A stretch of 64,000 nt of DNA from Camelus dromedarius (lineage: Eukaryota): contig NC_087437.1 of NCBI RefSeq assembly GCF_036321535.1, forward strand, positions 51,586,001 to 51,650,000, written 5' to 3'. Both the position numbers and the translations under genes were made by a program. This document shows, piece after piece, positions 24,981 to 39,220 of the stretch. The notes beneath the pieces are model-generated. The model was not told the DNA's origin and made no database searches. It saw nothing but the letters and a program-made list of their open reading frames with translations. The number at the start of each line of letters is the position of its first letter. Positions within the stretch are counted from its first letter, which is position 1.

Positions 24981-26739
24981 AATAGTCTATCTTTTTGTTT
25001 GATTAGATTTCTATTCCTATGAGTGGCTGGTCTCCTCTCAATATGTCTGAACATGCTAGGTAATCTATCAACGTCATCTTTTTCTTGGGGACATCTCCTT
25101 TTAGAACCATTGGTCCTCCTGTTTCTGTCCATGGTGGCTGTGCCTCCTGTACAGCTGTCTTGCTGGGACATCCCTTCTCTTTCCCTCTGAGGATGTATCC
25201 TGTGTCTTGTGTCTTCTTCTTTCTTGACTTAGTCCCTCATTTTGATGGAGTATAGTCTCCAGAGGCTTCCTGTGTACGGGTGAGCTTTCATCTCTGAAAA
25301 TGTCTGTTCAACCATCATGTTTGAGTGATGGTCAGGCTGTACATGTGATTCTGGGCCAGAAATAATTTTCTCTTAGAATTTGAAGACACGGCTCCATTAT
25401 CTTTTAGCTTCCATTGTTACTGCTTCGAAGTCCATTGATATTTTTATTCCAGATCCTGTGTAAGGACTTTCTTTTAAATTTTAGAAAAATTTTAGGCTTT
25501 TTCTTTTATCCCTGTTGTTCTGATATTTAATGATTACACATTTTGGTGGGATCTTTTAAAAATTAATTGTCTTTCTTTCTCTCTTTCTTTCTTGAGGTGC
25601 TAAAAAGAAATTAATTGTCCTGATAATGTGGAGACGCTCTTACTCTAAAAACTCGTGTCTTTTTCTCTCTGAAGTTTTTCTTGAATTATTTTTTGGGTAC
25701 TTTTCTCTCTCCATTTTCTCTTTGTAGGTTTCCTATTATTTGGATGTTGGAACTTCTGGATCGATCATTTAAAGGTGCTCCTTTTTTCTCTTTCTTTCTT
25801 TTGACAACCAAAATTCATATATTTTACAGTTTTGGAGGTTTTACTTCTATTTTTAATCTGTCTCTCTCTCATTCTATTACCTTCAGATTCCTTGGCTTTA
25901 TTTCTAAATCTCCTTCTAAAATTTTCATTTATTTTCTCATATTTTTATTATCCACACATCACTGCCTATCTCTCTGAGGATATTAATTACAGATTTTTAA
26001 AGCAGTTTTTTACCCTGTTCTCAAAGTGTTTTTTCCCCCTTCAAAATTCCTCTTTATTTACTTGTTTATTTTTGTTTCTTCACATGGGAAGCTCAAATGT
26101 TTGGTAATCCTTTCTTGTTAATGTTTAGGAGAAAGCATAAAAAGCTGACTGGAAGCTCTGTGGACGTGGGTGTGGCTGGCCCTGGGGGGTTTCACTGTAG
26201 GATTGTCTGGCTGAACCATTTTCTCATGGGCCCACAATGTCAGTATATGTAAGTCTTTTCTCTAGGACTGGCCAGCTTCCCCAGAGAGGAATCTTCTAAT
26301 CTGCTGATTGTGAGGTGTGAGCCTGCCTGCCATGTTCCAGGAGCCCACAGGGATAATCCTTCTCATACAGATTTTAAATCAATCACCCCAATTAGTCCCA
26401 CCCACATCCCTAGTCTCAGGGATACCTGGTGCCCTAATTTTCTATGACCTTTCAGGGTTGCACACACTGTGTCAGTTTGCTCATGCATTTCCTGTAGAGT
26501 TGGCTTTGGTGTCAGCTTATTCAGATATATTGAATCTGCCATTCCTTGTCCATCTGCTTTTCAGCTTCCAAATTTTGTTGATGTCCTTTTTTCTCCTTAT
26601 TTCTGTGATTCTGTGTTTAAAAAAATCATTTTAGACAGTTCTAAAATAAAGACTTGGGAAGGAGTTAGGTTACTGGAAATCTGCAACTTTCTTTATTTTT
26701 CCCCTAAACAACAGGCAAAACTAAAACCCTAGACCTTCA

Positions 26740-27225
26740 TAGTTCAATATGGTAGCTATTAGCCACATATGGCCATTGAGCACTTGAAGTGTGGCTAGTC
26801 AATAATGAGACGTATTACAGTGCAATGCACATTGGATTTCTGGGGCTTAGAATGCATAAAAGACCACAAAATATCTCATTAGTAATTTAAATTATTGATT
26901 ACATATTGAAATGACAATATTTTAGATATATTGGATTAAATAAGATACATTATTAACTTAAGCCTCGCTCTTTTACTATTTAAAATGTGACTACTAGACA
27001 CAGGGAAATATATACAAGATCTTATGGTAGCTCACAGAGAAAAAAATGTGACAATGACTATATATATGTTCATGTATAACTGAAAAATTGTGCTCTACAC
27101 TGGAATTTGACACAACATTGTAAAATGATTATAACTCAATAAAAAATGTTAAAAAATAAAATGTGACTGCTAGAAACATAAAATTTCATACATGATTGTT
27201 TTTTATTTCTATAGGACAGCAGTGC
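26740..27225. mobile_element. MER3/MER33-like hAT transposon interrupted by a young L1 3' end (26999-27157)
   Basis: host 'caatatggtagctattagccacat...ttctataggacagcagtg'; TSD AAAATGTGACT(A/G)CTAGA at 26982-26998 and 27158-27174. Confidence 0.8.
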
Positions 27226-27645
27226 TGTAATGACAAGAGATTGAGAATTTGTTTAATGATCAGGTAAAGTGTGACAATGTCCTTGGTCTATATGAAGGAA
27301 AAGAAGAAAATGGAACAACTTTAGATTTGTTAAGATAAATCATGATTAGATATAAAAGTTAAGAATTAAGGATGAGCTGAATAATTAAAATATAATATAT
27401 AGCTTCTGAACCAACAAAGGGAAAATAAGAGACTATAAAAATTTTATCAATCCAACAGAAAACAGCAAAGATTTTTCAAAGAGAAAAAGAGGAATGGTTG
27501 TTAAACAGAAACAAAATGAAATGATGTCAATAAGTTAAAATGTTTAAGTAACCACTATTTATATAAACAGATTAAGTTGGCCAGTGAAATGCTGAGATGA
27601 TCAGAATGGATAAAAGCAGAGGAACCAAACATAGGCTGCTTATAA

Positions 27646-28709
<1,064 letters not shown>

Positions 28710-29926
28710 CCACATATCTAAAATAGAACCAAACATAGAGGTTGAAACTAAATGATGAACAAATATGTACTGTGTCATTATTATCCAAAAGAAAGCTGGT
28801 GTAGCCATGCTAATAACAGACAAAATCAAGGTGAAGAGCATTAGTAAGAGAGGAATAAAAGAACTTTACACAATAAAAAAAACCACTCTACTAAGCAGAT
28901 ACAACAGTCATGGACCTCTGTGCTCTTAACAGTACAGCAAAAACTGATAGAATTACAAAGAGAAATGAAAAAAATCCCATAAGGGGAGATTTTAACACAT
29001 CTCTATCAGACACTGATTAAGTCTAGTAGGCAAAAATATAGTAAGTACATACATGATTTTCACCAGAAAATGATTAATCTTAGTCTAGTATTCTCAACAA
29101 ATTCCAAATGTAAATACATATAAAGTACATATGACATGATAATGAAATATTAACCACATACCAGGTGAAAAAGGATTTCAGTCAACATCATGCAGATTGT
29201 GTTCTCTGACCACAAAACAAGTAAATTAGAAATTAATAATAAAAATAACATTAAATCTCCCACATGTTTAGAACTGCATGGAGTCACTCCTAAATATATG
29301 AGTTAAAAAAGATATCATTATGGAATTTACCAAGTATTTAGAACTGAATGATAATAAAAATAATCAGAATTTGTAGGATGAAGCCAAAACAATTCTAATT
29401 TTAAGGCATTTATTAAAAACAAGACAGATTTAAAATCAATTAAGCACTCAATATGGGAGCTAGAAAAAAGTATAATAGAGTAAGCCCAAGGAACACAGAG
29501 GAAAATAGCAAACACAATGGAAGGGAGCAAAATAGAACACAAAGACACACAACACGAAAGCAGTTCATTGAAAAAGAAAAGTAACAAAACAAACTTTTAG
29601 CAGGACTCTTCAAGGGGAAAAAAAGGAGAAAGTCACAAATAAGTAATATTAGAACTGAACTAGAAATTTGAAAAAATAATAAGAAAAATAGTACAACTTC
29701 ATGTCATGAAATTGAAAACAGAGGAAATGGATATTTTTGTAAAAAGAAAAATAATCAGACTTGACCCAAGAAGTTATAGAAAGTTTGAATTAACCAATAA
29801 TAATTGTACAATTAATCAAACATATCTCCCTTCAAAAGACAAGTTTTATGGAAAGGTTTTACTGAACTTTCAAAGAACTGCTTCAGAGAATTGAACAAGG
29901 GAAATTAATTTTGGGGGCTGGTATAT

Positions 29927-30095
29927 ATATATTTAATTGAAGTATAGTTGATTTACAATGTTGTGTTAGTATCTGGTATACAGCATAGTGGTTCAGTTAT
30001 GCGTATGTATGTATATCTATTCTTTTTCACAGTAGGTTGTTACAAGGCATTGAGTATAGTTCCCTATGCTATATAGTATGACCTTGTTGTTTGCC
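29927..30095 (-). mobile_element. Short L1 3' end with TSD
   Basis: 'ttaattgaagtatagttgatttacaatgttgtg'; GCTGGTATAT at 29917-29926 and 30096-30105. Confidence 0.75.
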
Positions 30096-30164
30096 GCTGG
30101 TATATTCTTGATATAAATCAAACAAGGTCAGTTCAAGAAAAGAAAATTATAAACCAATCTCATT

Positions 30165-30695
30165 GGTAGCCATCCTCCAAGATGGCCCCCAACGCCCCTC
30201 ATCTCCTGATATTCACATCCTTGTGTAGATTCTCACACTGAATAATGGCTGGTCTGTGTATCCACTAGAGTGTTGCAGGAGTGACAGCATATGACTTGAG
30301 CCTAGGTCATAAAAGCCATTAGAGCTTCTCTGCCTTATCCTTTGTCCAGTTTGCTCCAGAGGAAGCCAGAGGTCATATCATGAAAACATTCAAGCCTCTC
30401 TGTAGAGAGGGCCACGTGACAAGGATCTGAGCCTTCTGCTGATAGCCAGCACAGCTTGCCAGTCATATTGAGTGGGTCATCTTAGACGTGGATTCTCCAG
30501 TCATAGTCAAGCCCTCAGATGGCTGTAGCACTGGCCAATGTTTTAACTGTAACTCATGAAAGACCCTAAGACAGAACCATCCAGCTAAGTTTCTCCCATG
30601 CTCCTAACCCACAGAAACTGAGATATAATAAATGTTTATTGTTGTTTTAATTGGTGACTTTGGGATAATGGTTATTAATGCAATAGGGAACTGAT
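30165..30695 (+). mobile_element. MLT1-family solo LTR inserted in old L1
   Basis: 'tggtagccatcctccaagatggcccccaa...aatgcaatagggaactgata'. Confidence 0.75.
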
Positions 30696-33600
30696 ATTCT
30701 TGCTTGAGAACCTAGATGCAAAAGTTATAAATAAAATACTAGCAAAATGAATTAAGTAGGGTGTAATTAGAGTTTAGCCCAGAATGCAAGAATGTTTAAC
30801 TTAGAAAAATTTATTAATGTAATTCATCATATCAAAAAATTAAAGGAGAATATGTGTTCATCTTAACAGATGCACAGAAAGCATCTGATGAAGTTTTAAA
30901 TCCATTCATGATAAAACCTACCACACTGGGGTTAGAAGAAACCTTTTTGAGTATGACAAAGGTTATCTATCAATAATCAACAGCAAGCATACTCACATAG
31001 CACAATTTCAGAAGCATTTCTTTTAAACTTGGGAGTAAGATAAGGATGCCTACTATTATCACTTCTTTTCTACACTGGAGAACCTCACCCATGCAACAAA
31101 ACAAAGGGAAAAAGAAGGGGTATAAAGCTGGAAAGAAAGAAATGCAAGTGTTCTCTTTTGCAGAATATAATTGTCTACATAGATAATTCAAAAGAATTTA
31201 CAGGTAAACTATTAGAAGTATTAAATTAACTCAGCTGTATTGCTAGACACAAAGTCAACATAGAAAAATGACTAGTCTTCCCACTAATCAATCTTGACCA
31301 GTTAGAAAAGATACGAGGAAAAACAAAGATCTCATTCATAATAGCAAGATAAAGTGTGAGGTGCCCAGTGATTAATCTGACAGAAGAGAGGGGAATTTTT
31401 ATAGAGAAAATGGCAAAGCATTGTGGGAAGAATACCAAAAAGACTGGAAAATAAATGAAGAGACATGTTCATGGATCAGAAGACTCAACGTCCTAAACAT
31501 GCCAATTGCTCCCAAATAATCTACAGATCTAATTAAATTTCAATAAAAATTCCAATGAAGTTTTTTTGATGGAATTTGACAAAATAATCTTAAAATTCAT
31601 ACGGAAGAGCAAGAACCAGATAATTTTGGAAAAGAACATGAGGAGGTGGGATGGAAGGAAGACTTAACCTACAAGATAAGAGGACTGAGTGGTATTGGAA
31701 AGGAATAGTAATTAGAGAGTAGGGTGGTGGTGCAGAGCAGAGAGCCCAGGAAGAGACCCACGCACATATGGAAAAGATCCACAACAGCTGACGTTTCAAA
31801 TCAGTAGGGGCAAGAAATTACCTTTAAAAATAAATGATGCTTAGAAAATTGGTTATCCACATGGAAGAATATCAAATTAGACTCCTGGTTCCATATTCCA
31901 AAATAAGTCACTAAAAAGCTAATCTTTAAAGCTTTTAGGAGAAATATGGAGAGATCTTTATGACCTTTGGGCAGGTAATGATTTCTTAAACAGGACACAA
32001 AAACAGAGCATAAAAGGAATGAATGACATCATACCTGTATTAAATGAACAACTTCTGTTCAAAAAAGACACTTTAAAGAAATTTGAAGGTAAGATTCAGT
32101 CTAGGGGAACATATTTGCCACTCAGAGAAGTGACCAAAGATTAGTCTCTACAATTTGTTAAAAAAAAAAAATCCTACAAAAGAAATGGGAAAGAGATAGA
32201 AAATACAATAGAAAAAGTATGAAAGGACAATTAAGAGGAAAGGAAATCTGAATGGGCAACTTCATTAAAATCAAGGAAATAAAAATTTAAACTACATGAG
32301 ATACCATTTCACACCCATCAAATTGATAAAGTAATTAAAAAAGGATACTACCAAGTATTTACAAGGATGTAGACTAGATAAACAGAAACTCTCACAGGCA
32401 GCTAGTGGGACAGTAAATTGGTATAATCACTTTGAAGGGCAATTTGGCAATGTTGGATAAACTTCAGATGTGCATGGCTTTCAACCCTGAGGTTGACTTC
32501 TAAAGAAATACTCCCATGTGCACAAGGAGACAGCAGAGACATATAAGAATCCATTATAACATTGCTTATGTTTGGAAAAAACTGGAAATCATCTACATAC
32601 CCACTAACAAGAGAATGAGTAAATAAATGGAATACTACAAGGCAGTGAAAATGTACATATATAAATCTCAAAATGTGGATAAATCTCAAAAACATAATGT
32701 CGAGAAAAAAATCACTGAGAAATGACATGTAGAGGGTGATACATTTTGCATGAAGTTTGAAAACATGGATATTATATATAGTTACATATATTATACAATA
32801 TGAACACATGCGGAAAATAATACAAGAATCCCATAGAGCTGGGTGTTGGGTGCTTAGATATAAGATATTTTAGTGTCTTTACTTCTTTGTTTGAAATACT
32901 GTAGTAAAAACCTTCGTAATCCAGATCTACATAACTGTCAGTTCGAACAGAAGGACTCCTGAGCTCCCTGTGTGTCCACATTTCATGACACTAAGGTTTG
33001 TGGTAGCCTCTCCCGCTAAATCCTGAGCTCTCTCAGGGACACGGTGTTTTTCCTTTTTATATTCCTAGAGCCTAGCATAGTGTAGATGTTCAACCCATGC
33101 TTGTTAGTTGACTGACTGACAGAATGAACAGATAAATGGAGAAAGGGGGAAGGCAAAAGGAGGAAGGTCAGAAGGAGGACGGATGGAGAGATTGGGACAG
33201 ACTTTCACAGCCTACCTCTTATGAGGAGTGTGGAGAGACACAGACGCTTGAGAAGAGCTCTGCTGGTGGAGGTATGATGGATGAGAGGGAGAAGCTGAGG
33301 TTTCCTGAGCCTCCCGCTGCCGGGGGAGGGAGTCACCACTGACAGTTTACCTGTTTAGGTAGGAAGCCTGAAGGACACATAGGTTTAAAAAGGCGACGAG
33401 GTTAATTACAGACAGGGACGAGAGACCTCCAGGTGTAAGTGTCCAGCATGTACTAGGACATGTGGGTCTACAGCTTAGGGGAGATGCCGGAGCTGGCAGC
33501 GCAGATTTGGTTGTCCTGGGAGAAGGAGGGTAAGTGGCAGGGCAGTGCATGAGCCTCCCCAGGGTGGGCGGGCAGCTGAAGACGGACCCCAGGGAGCATC

Positions 33601-35006
33601 AGTGTTTAAGGACTGAGTGGAGAGAAAGAACCCAGGCAAGGAAGCTGAGTCCAGAGGATGAGGAGAACAGGAGAGGGAAGGAAAAAGTTTCAGGAAAGAG
33701 TGTAGTTCAGTGATAAGGAAGATAAGAAAGAAATGTCTGGAAAAATAAAAATTGAATACTGTCCTTTGACTTTGGCAAAGGAAGGCCATTTGTGGTCTTC
33801 ACTGGAGGAGTTTCATTGCAGAAGGGTGAGGGGAAGCAGATTGAGTTGTGTCATGAGCGATGGTGAAATGAATGAAATCAAGGTTTCGGCAGAAATGGGG
33901 AATGCACTAATACTAATGCTAACAACACTAACTAGTACTAGTAATACTAGCAAACACTTACCGAGCATCTACTATGTAGGCTCTTCTAAGTGCTTAACAG
34001 AATGGTAAGTCATTTAATCCTTGTAACAAACCTATGAGGTAGGTACTACAATTACCCTATTTTACAGGTAAGGGAAACTGAGGTATTGAGAGTCAAAACA
34101 ATTATCATTGTTATCATTTATAGAGTTCTTTTTATTTATTAGGGGTATGACTATTGACAACACATCTGTAATGCATTCATCACTCGGTTTTACATATTAG
34201 GCACAGTAGGAACATAGTGAGAGGCAGTAAGGACACAGAAGGAGTCTGCTTCAGTCTGTGGTTTTGGAAGGACAGCAGGAAGGACATGCGGACACAGAGA
34301 TGGGTTAGACATAGGGGAGGGCTGGAGAGAAGGCAACAGAATTTTGAGGCAGTTTCAGACAGTGGCTTTGATTTCTTTGGCAAAGTAGAGAAGAAACATT
34401 CATTGTGGAAAACACAGATAACAATAAAAGAATATGAGAATGCTTTAATTCCAGGCCTTTGCCATAACCACTTTTAACATTTTGTTGTGTTTCCTTCCAG
34501 AGTTTTCTCTAAGCATACATATACATAAATAGATAAATATATAACAGAGCAAGTCAGTCCTTCCTTCTGCTGGAGAGAATAAGAACAGAATCTGAATCTT
34601 GTAATTTTGGAGCTATGAGCAGACCAGTTCTCAGTGTATAGGAGAGAGCTGGGGGACCTCTCCCCTTTGTCCTGAGCAGTCCGCCTGCAGGTCTTTAATT
34701 GTGCAAGTCCTGCGAAGGCCCTCTTCTGGCGGGCGGAGGTTGAGGGCACTGTGGCCTTAAGAAGCCATGCTGTCTTGCACAACATATTGAAGATCATCTT
34801 TGTAGTGGGGCCACAGAGACGCATCTCTGCAGACTGTTTCCTTGGAGAAATGTGTCAGACCTAAGTATGAACTTAGCTCAATCTTAGAGGCAGAAAAATA
34901 TACCTGTTATGAGCCAATTGCATGTAAATAAGAAAAATAAACAATATTTATATTGTGTTTATGTTTTTGTTTCAAAGTAGATTATCCTAGATTAAACAAG
35001 TGTTCA

Positions 35007-35007
<1 letters not shown>

Positions 35008-35068
<61 letters not shown>
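35008..35068. repeat. (TG)n microsatellite, about 29 units
   Basis: read directly. Confidence 0.97.
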
Positions 35069-35069
<1 letters not shown>

Positions 35070-37561
35070 TCTTCATTGAGAAAGTGCCCCAAACACATTC
35101 TGGCCTCGCGGATGCCACCCCCAACAGAAATTGGGGGTGGGACGGAGTGAGGCTTTCTGGAATCACTGAAGGATGCATTCCACAGATGGGTGCCCAGTGA
35201 GTGGCCCAGTTGTCTGGGGAAATGGCATGGGGTTATAACAACTACCTTTGTATTTGGAAGGTGTAGAAGACAAGACAGTAGATCCTTGAGAGGCTGTAGG
35301 AGAGATGGAGGTGAGTGGCTCTGACTGTAGGAAGTTGAGGGGGCTGGACCCTGTACTGACCCCATGCCTTTGGGTCAGCCTGAAGATAAATATGAAACTT
35401 ATTGGAAAGAGTGTGATCTTGGGACCCAAAGGCATCAATGGAGCCAAGAACTCAGACTGCACCTTTTAGGCCTGCCCTCCAGAAACACTTGTTCAAAGCA
35501 AGAACACTGCTTTTTATAACAACAGGATCCTGCTCTACACAGTCTTTACTTAATAATATATTGTAAATATCTCTCCATCTAAATATTCTATGCCAAGGTG
35601 TTCAGCAGTCACTCCACTGTGGATGGAATGTGGCTTATTAACTACCCTCCTGTGTTGGAAACGCCCACCAGACTGGACCTCATTGGAGACCAAATTAAGC
35701 CCATCTTGGGAGCTGGCCAGTGCCATATCCTCTCCCTTCTATAAGGACCAGCTAAGTCAGTTCCTCCATCTCTCACCTCTCAGCACCATCCCATGGTGGT
35801 TCTGGACCACCTGTTAAAGTCCTAGCATGCCTTGTTCCCAAGCTCACAAAAGTCATGGAGAAAAGGAGGTCCAAACACACCGAGAAAACACTGAGGCAAA
35901 GACATGGCTGGGATCCCAGCACAGACTCCCCATCCTGCTGTAGTTACAGCGTTGGCGGAGCTGAGCCCTTTCCTCACAGTGTTTGGCTTGGATGTTAGAC
36001 TAGGTGAGTCAGCCCTCCTGGCACCCTCCTCTGAGTTGAAAGTCACATTGAGATGGGGCAGCTGCCAGGTGAATAGAATTATCGGTCCTTCTCACAACAC
36101 AAGTCCTCCCAGCCCTCTCTCTGAAACTGGGTCCCAGTTTGTGTCCTGTGAGGGTGTGGCCTGGGCCAAGCCACAAAACCTGACCTATATCAGTGCTGTA
36201 GTAGCCTGGAGCCTCTTGTGGTGACCTGGGGCCTGGGTCCTAAATGAAGGAAGTACTTCCCTCTGTGTCCTCAAATTCTTCCCTTGGGCTCCAGGCCAGT
36301 GAGCATGCATCTCCCAGATGACCCCAGACAGGCCTGGTTGGAATCCTAGCTCCATTAATGACTGGTGACCTTGGCCTTATCTCTTTAAGTCCTCAGAGAT
36401 GAATTTTCCTCATCTTTTTTTTTTTTTAATTAGAGTGTAGTTGATTTCCAGTGTTGTGTTAGTTTCAGGTGTACAGCAAAGTGATTTTCATATATATATA
36501 TATATGAAATATATATATATTCTTTTTCAGATTCTTTCCCATTATAGGTTATTACAAGATACTGAATATAGTTCCCTGTGCTGTACAGTAGGTCCTTGTT
36601 ACCTTTTTAAAATATAGTAGTGTATATCTGATAATCCCAAACCCCTAATGTATCCTTCCCTACCTTCCTCACCTTAAAAGAAAAAAATATTATTTGTACC
36701 TATGAACGAAAAAAGAGTCAATGGCTATAAATGTAACAAGGCCTTAACTAAATTTTCCACCAAGCACTAATATGTATTATAGATGTGAAAATCCAAAGTG
36801 AGGTGCCAAGTCACCTTATGGGGATTTTCCAAGGAGATGCCAACATCTGTTCCAAGACTTTTGAAACCCCTTGACCACTTTGAGACTCTAAAGAAGCAGA
36901 AATAGAGGAGGCAGAAGGATTTTGTGAGGAGGAGGAGGATTTCTTTGAAGAAAGCTGTGCTGTGAGTCCCACGTGGAGGGCAGGGTGAGTTCCTGCTCCC
37001 TTACCTCAAACCTAGTGAGGGCGGCATAGCTGTGAGGGGGCTGCTCAAGAGCCTAACGTGTGATACCCACTGCTGGGGCATGATGACCTGGGCTCCGGTC
37101 CCACCTGGGAAGTCTGGAAGGGGAGGGGAGGGCTCACTAGCTGCTCTGGTTGGGCTGCTGCCACCATTCTGGGACCACCCCCTGCACTCCTAGAGTTTTT
37201 TCAGGGTATGGGGAGCAGGGACAGCTGTGGATCTCACAGCAGAGAGTCTATGAGGGCACCATGTCTTGGGTCCTGTGTGGAGGGACTCCGATAGCTAGAT
37301 GTTGGCATTTCCTTAGAAACTAAAGTTTAGCTCTGAGGAGGGGGTCATAGGTGACCACCCAAAATGAGATAAGACTTGAGATACAGCCACAGATTAGAGA
37401 ATTTGGGGAGAAAGAGGCTAAATGGGGAACCTGTGGAGAGGGCATTAAAGCACTCCATGAGCAAGAGGCAGAGTTTAACATCTGACTGGCAAGAAAGCCT
37501 GAAGTCAACTTCCAGCTGTTGCTGCCCCCTTCCCCGCCTGCTCCCGCAGAGTGGCAGAGTC

Positions 37562-37575
37562 GTAGCCATGGCAAC
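37562..37575. promoter_or_regulatory. Candidate RFX X-box GTAGCCATGGCAAC
   Basis: 13/14 match to the palindromic X-box GTTGCCATGGCAAC. Confidence 0.4.
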
Positions 37576-37953
37576 TGGCTGGGGAAGCCTAGTGGAAAAA
37601 GAAGAAGCCAAATCCTCTTATACTGTCCCCACTGTGGGGTCCAGCTGGGCAGGCCCAGGCTGGGGGAAGAGAGAGGAAGTTCAGAGTTTTGATGAATATT
37701 TTACATTGGCATTCCACTTACTGAATTGAGACTATGTTTGCAACCCAAAGTGACCACAGACCCTCATTCTAAGAATGAGCAGAAAATCTCAGGCCGACTG
37801 GCGTTGTCATCCAGGCCGGGGAGGGTCCCCTCCTGGAATGCTGTTGGTATAAGGAAACAGCATGCCAGTTACTTAGGGCTCTGAACATAGCATTTAGCAG
37901 CTGGGACAGACCCAACAATCACTCTTTGTGCCCCATTCACCTGATTGTCCCTG

Positions 37954-38598
37954 TGAAACCAAGCAAGACCTTGTTGGGTTTTCCTTAGGGACAGACCGCC
38001 CTGCTCCCTGTGTTCCCCATCTCCTGTTTGCAAAAAAGCTTTAGTTTCCTAGGCTTTCCCTGAGTTCCAAAGAACAAATTTAATCAGAGAAGTGAGAAAA
38101 TGCAGAAACAAAAGAAAGCGATCAAGCAAGACAAAATAATAATAGTTTAGCTGTAAAACAAAGTGAAGGACTTTTAGTTCCTTCCAAGGGCTATAGATAA
38201 TATCCTGAGCCATACCCTTTAGTTGCTTTTCAGACATTAAAACACCCACCATGTTGAAGAAGTTCGCTGCATCTGACCACCAGGACGTAGACCCCAGACC
38301 AGTTGGAATCAGATTGATGACTGAGATTCCCAAAACGTCATCCTGTTACTTCACCATCAACCAATCAGAGAATTGAGCACAAGCTGATCATGTACCCCGT
38401 GACCCTTCTCCTCACACTGTCTTAAAAATCCCTTTCCTGAACGCCACCAGGGAGTTCAGGTTTTCTGAGCATGAGCCACTCATTCTCCTTGCTTGGTGCC
38501 CTGCAGTAAATGCTGTGCTTTCCTTCACTACACCCTGGTGTTAGCAGATTGGCTTTGCTGCACATCAGGCAAGCGGACCGAAGTTCAGTTTGGTAACA
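37954..38598 (+). mobile_element. ERV1-type solo LTR
   Basis: TGAAACC...GGTAACA termini, CCAAT box, AGTAAA poly(A)-like signal, near-TSD cctg/tctg. Confidence 0.8.
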
Positions 38599-39137
38599 TC
38601 TGGTTTACGGTCCACTCTTGCCCTGACATACTTTCCTCCAGCTCATGTTATGCCTGAATCATGTTGTCTGTCTGTCTGATGGCAAGGCCAAGTTCTCTTG
38701 GCAAAAGTAATTTCTTGCCACTGATTGTCTTGAGCCTAATCTTTCTAGAAGAGAGGTGGGACCTCCATGACAAGCACAATCTTCCTTGGGGGAGAGAAGA
38801 ACATGAAATGTGTTTCCCATTTCTCTGACGGGGGAAGCACTGCCCAAAGAGTCAATGTGGGAGATGGAGCCAGGTGGGCTCACTTCTGCCATTTAGCTGT
38901 CATAAGACCCCCATCAGCAGACTTCAGCTCCCTGCCCCAGTGAAACTAATACAATGTTATATGTCAATTATATCTCAATTAAAAAAGAGAGATTCTAAGA
39001 GGCAATTCACAGAAAAAGAATCCCAAATGGCTAGTAGTCTATGAAAGGATGGTCAAACTTACTAGAATCAAGGCAATGTAAATAAAAATTACAATGAGTT
39101 ATAATTTCTCACCCATCAGACTGGGTGACAAAGACTG

Positions 39138-39220
39138 GTAGGTATAGTTCAGTGGTAGAGCACATGCTTAGCATGCACAGGGTCCTGGCTTTAATCTCTG
39201 GTACCTCCATTAAAAAAAAT
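39138..39220 (+). mobile_element. tRNA-derived SINE (Vic-1-like)
   Basis: 'ggtatagttcagtggtagagcacatgcttagcatgcac...tacctccattaaaaaaaa'. Confidence 0.8.

Noticed and set aside
34953..35365. ORFs with (CV)n / (HT)n runs
   Set aside because: Translation of the (TG)n microsatellite
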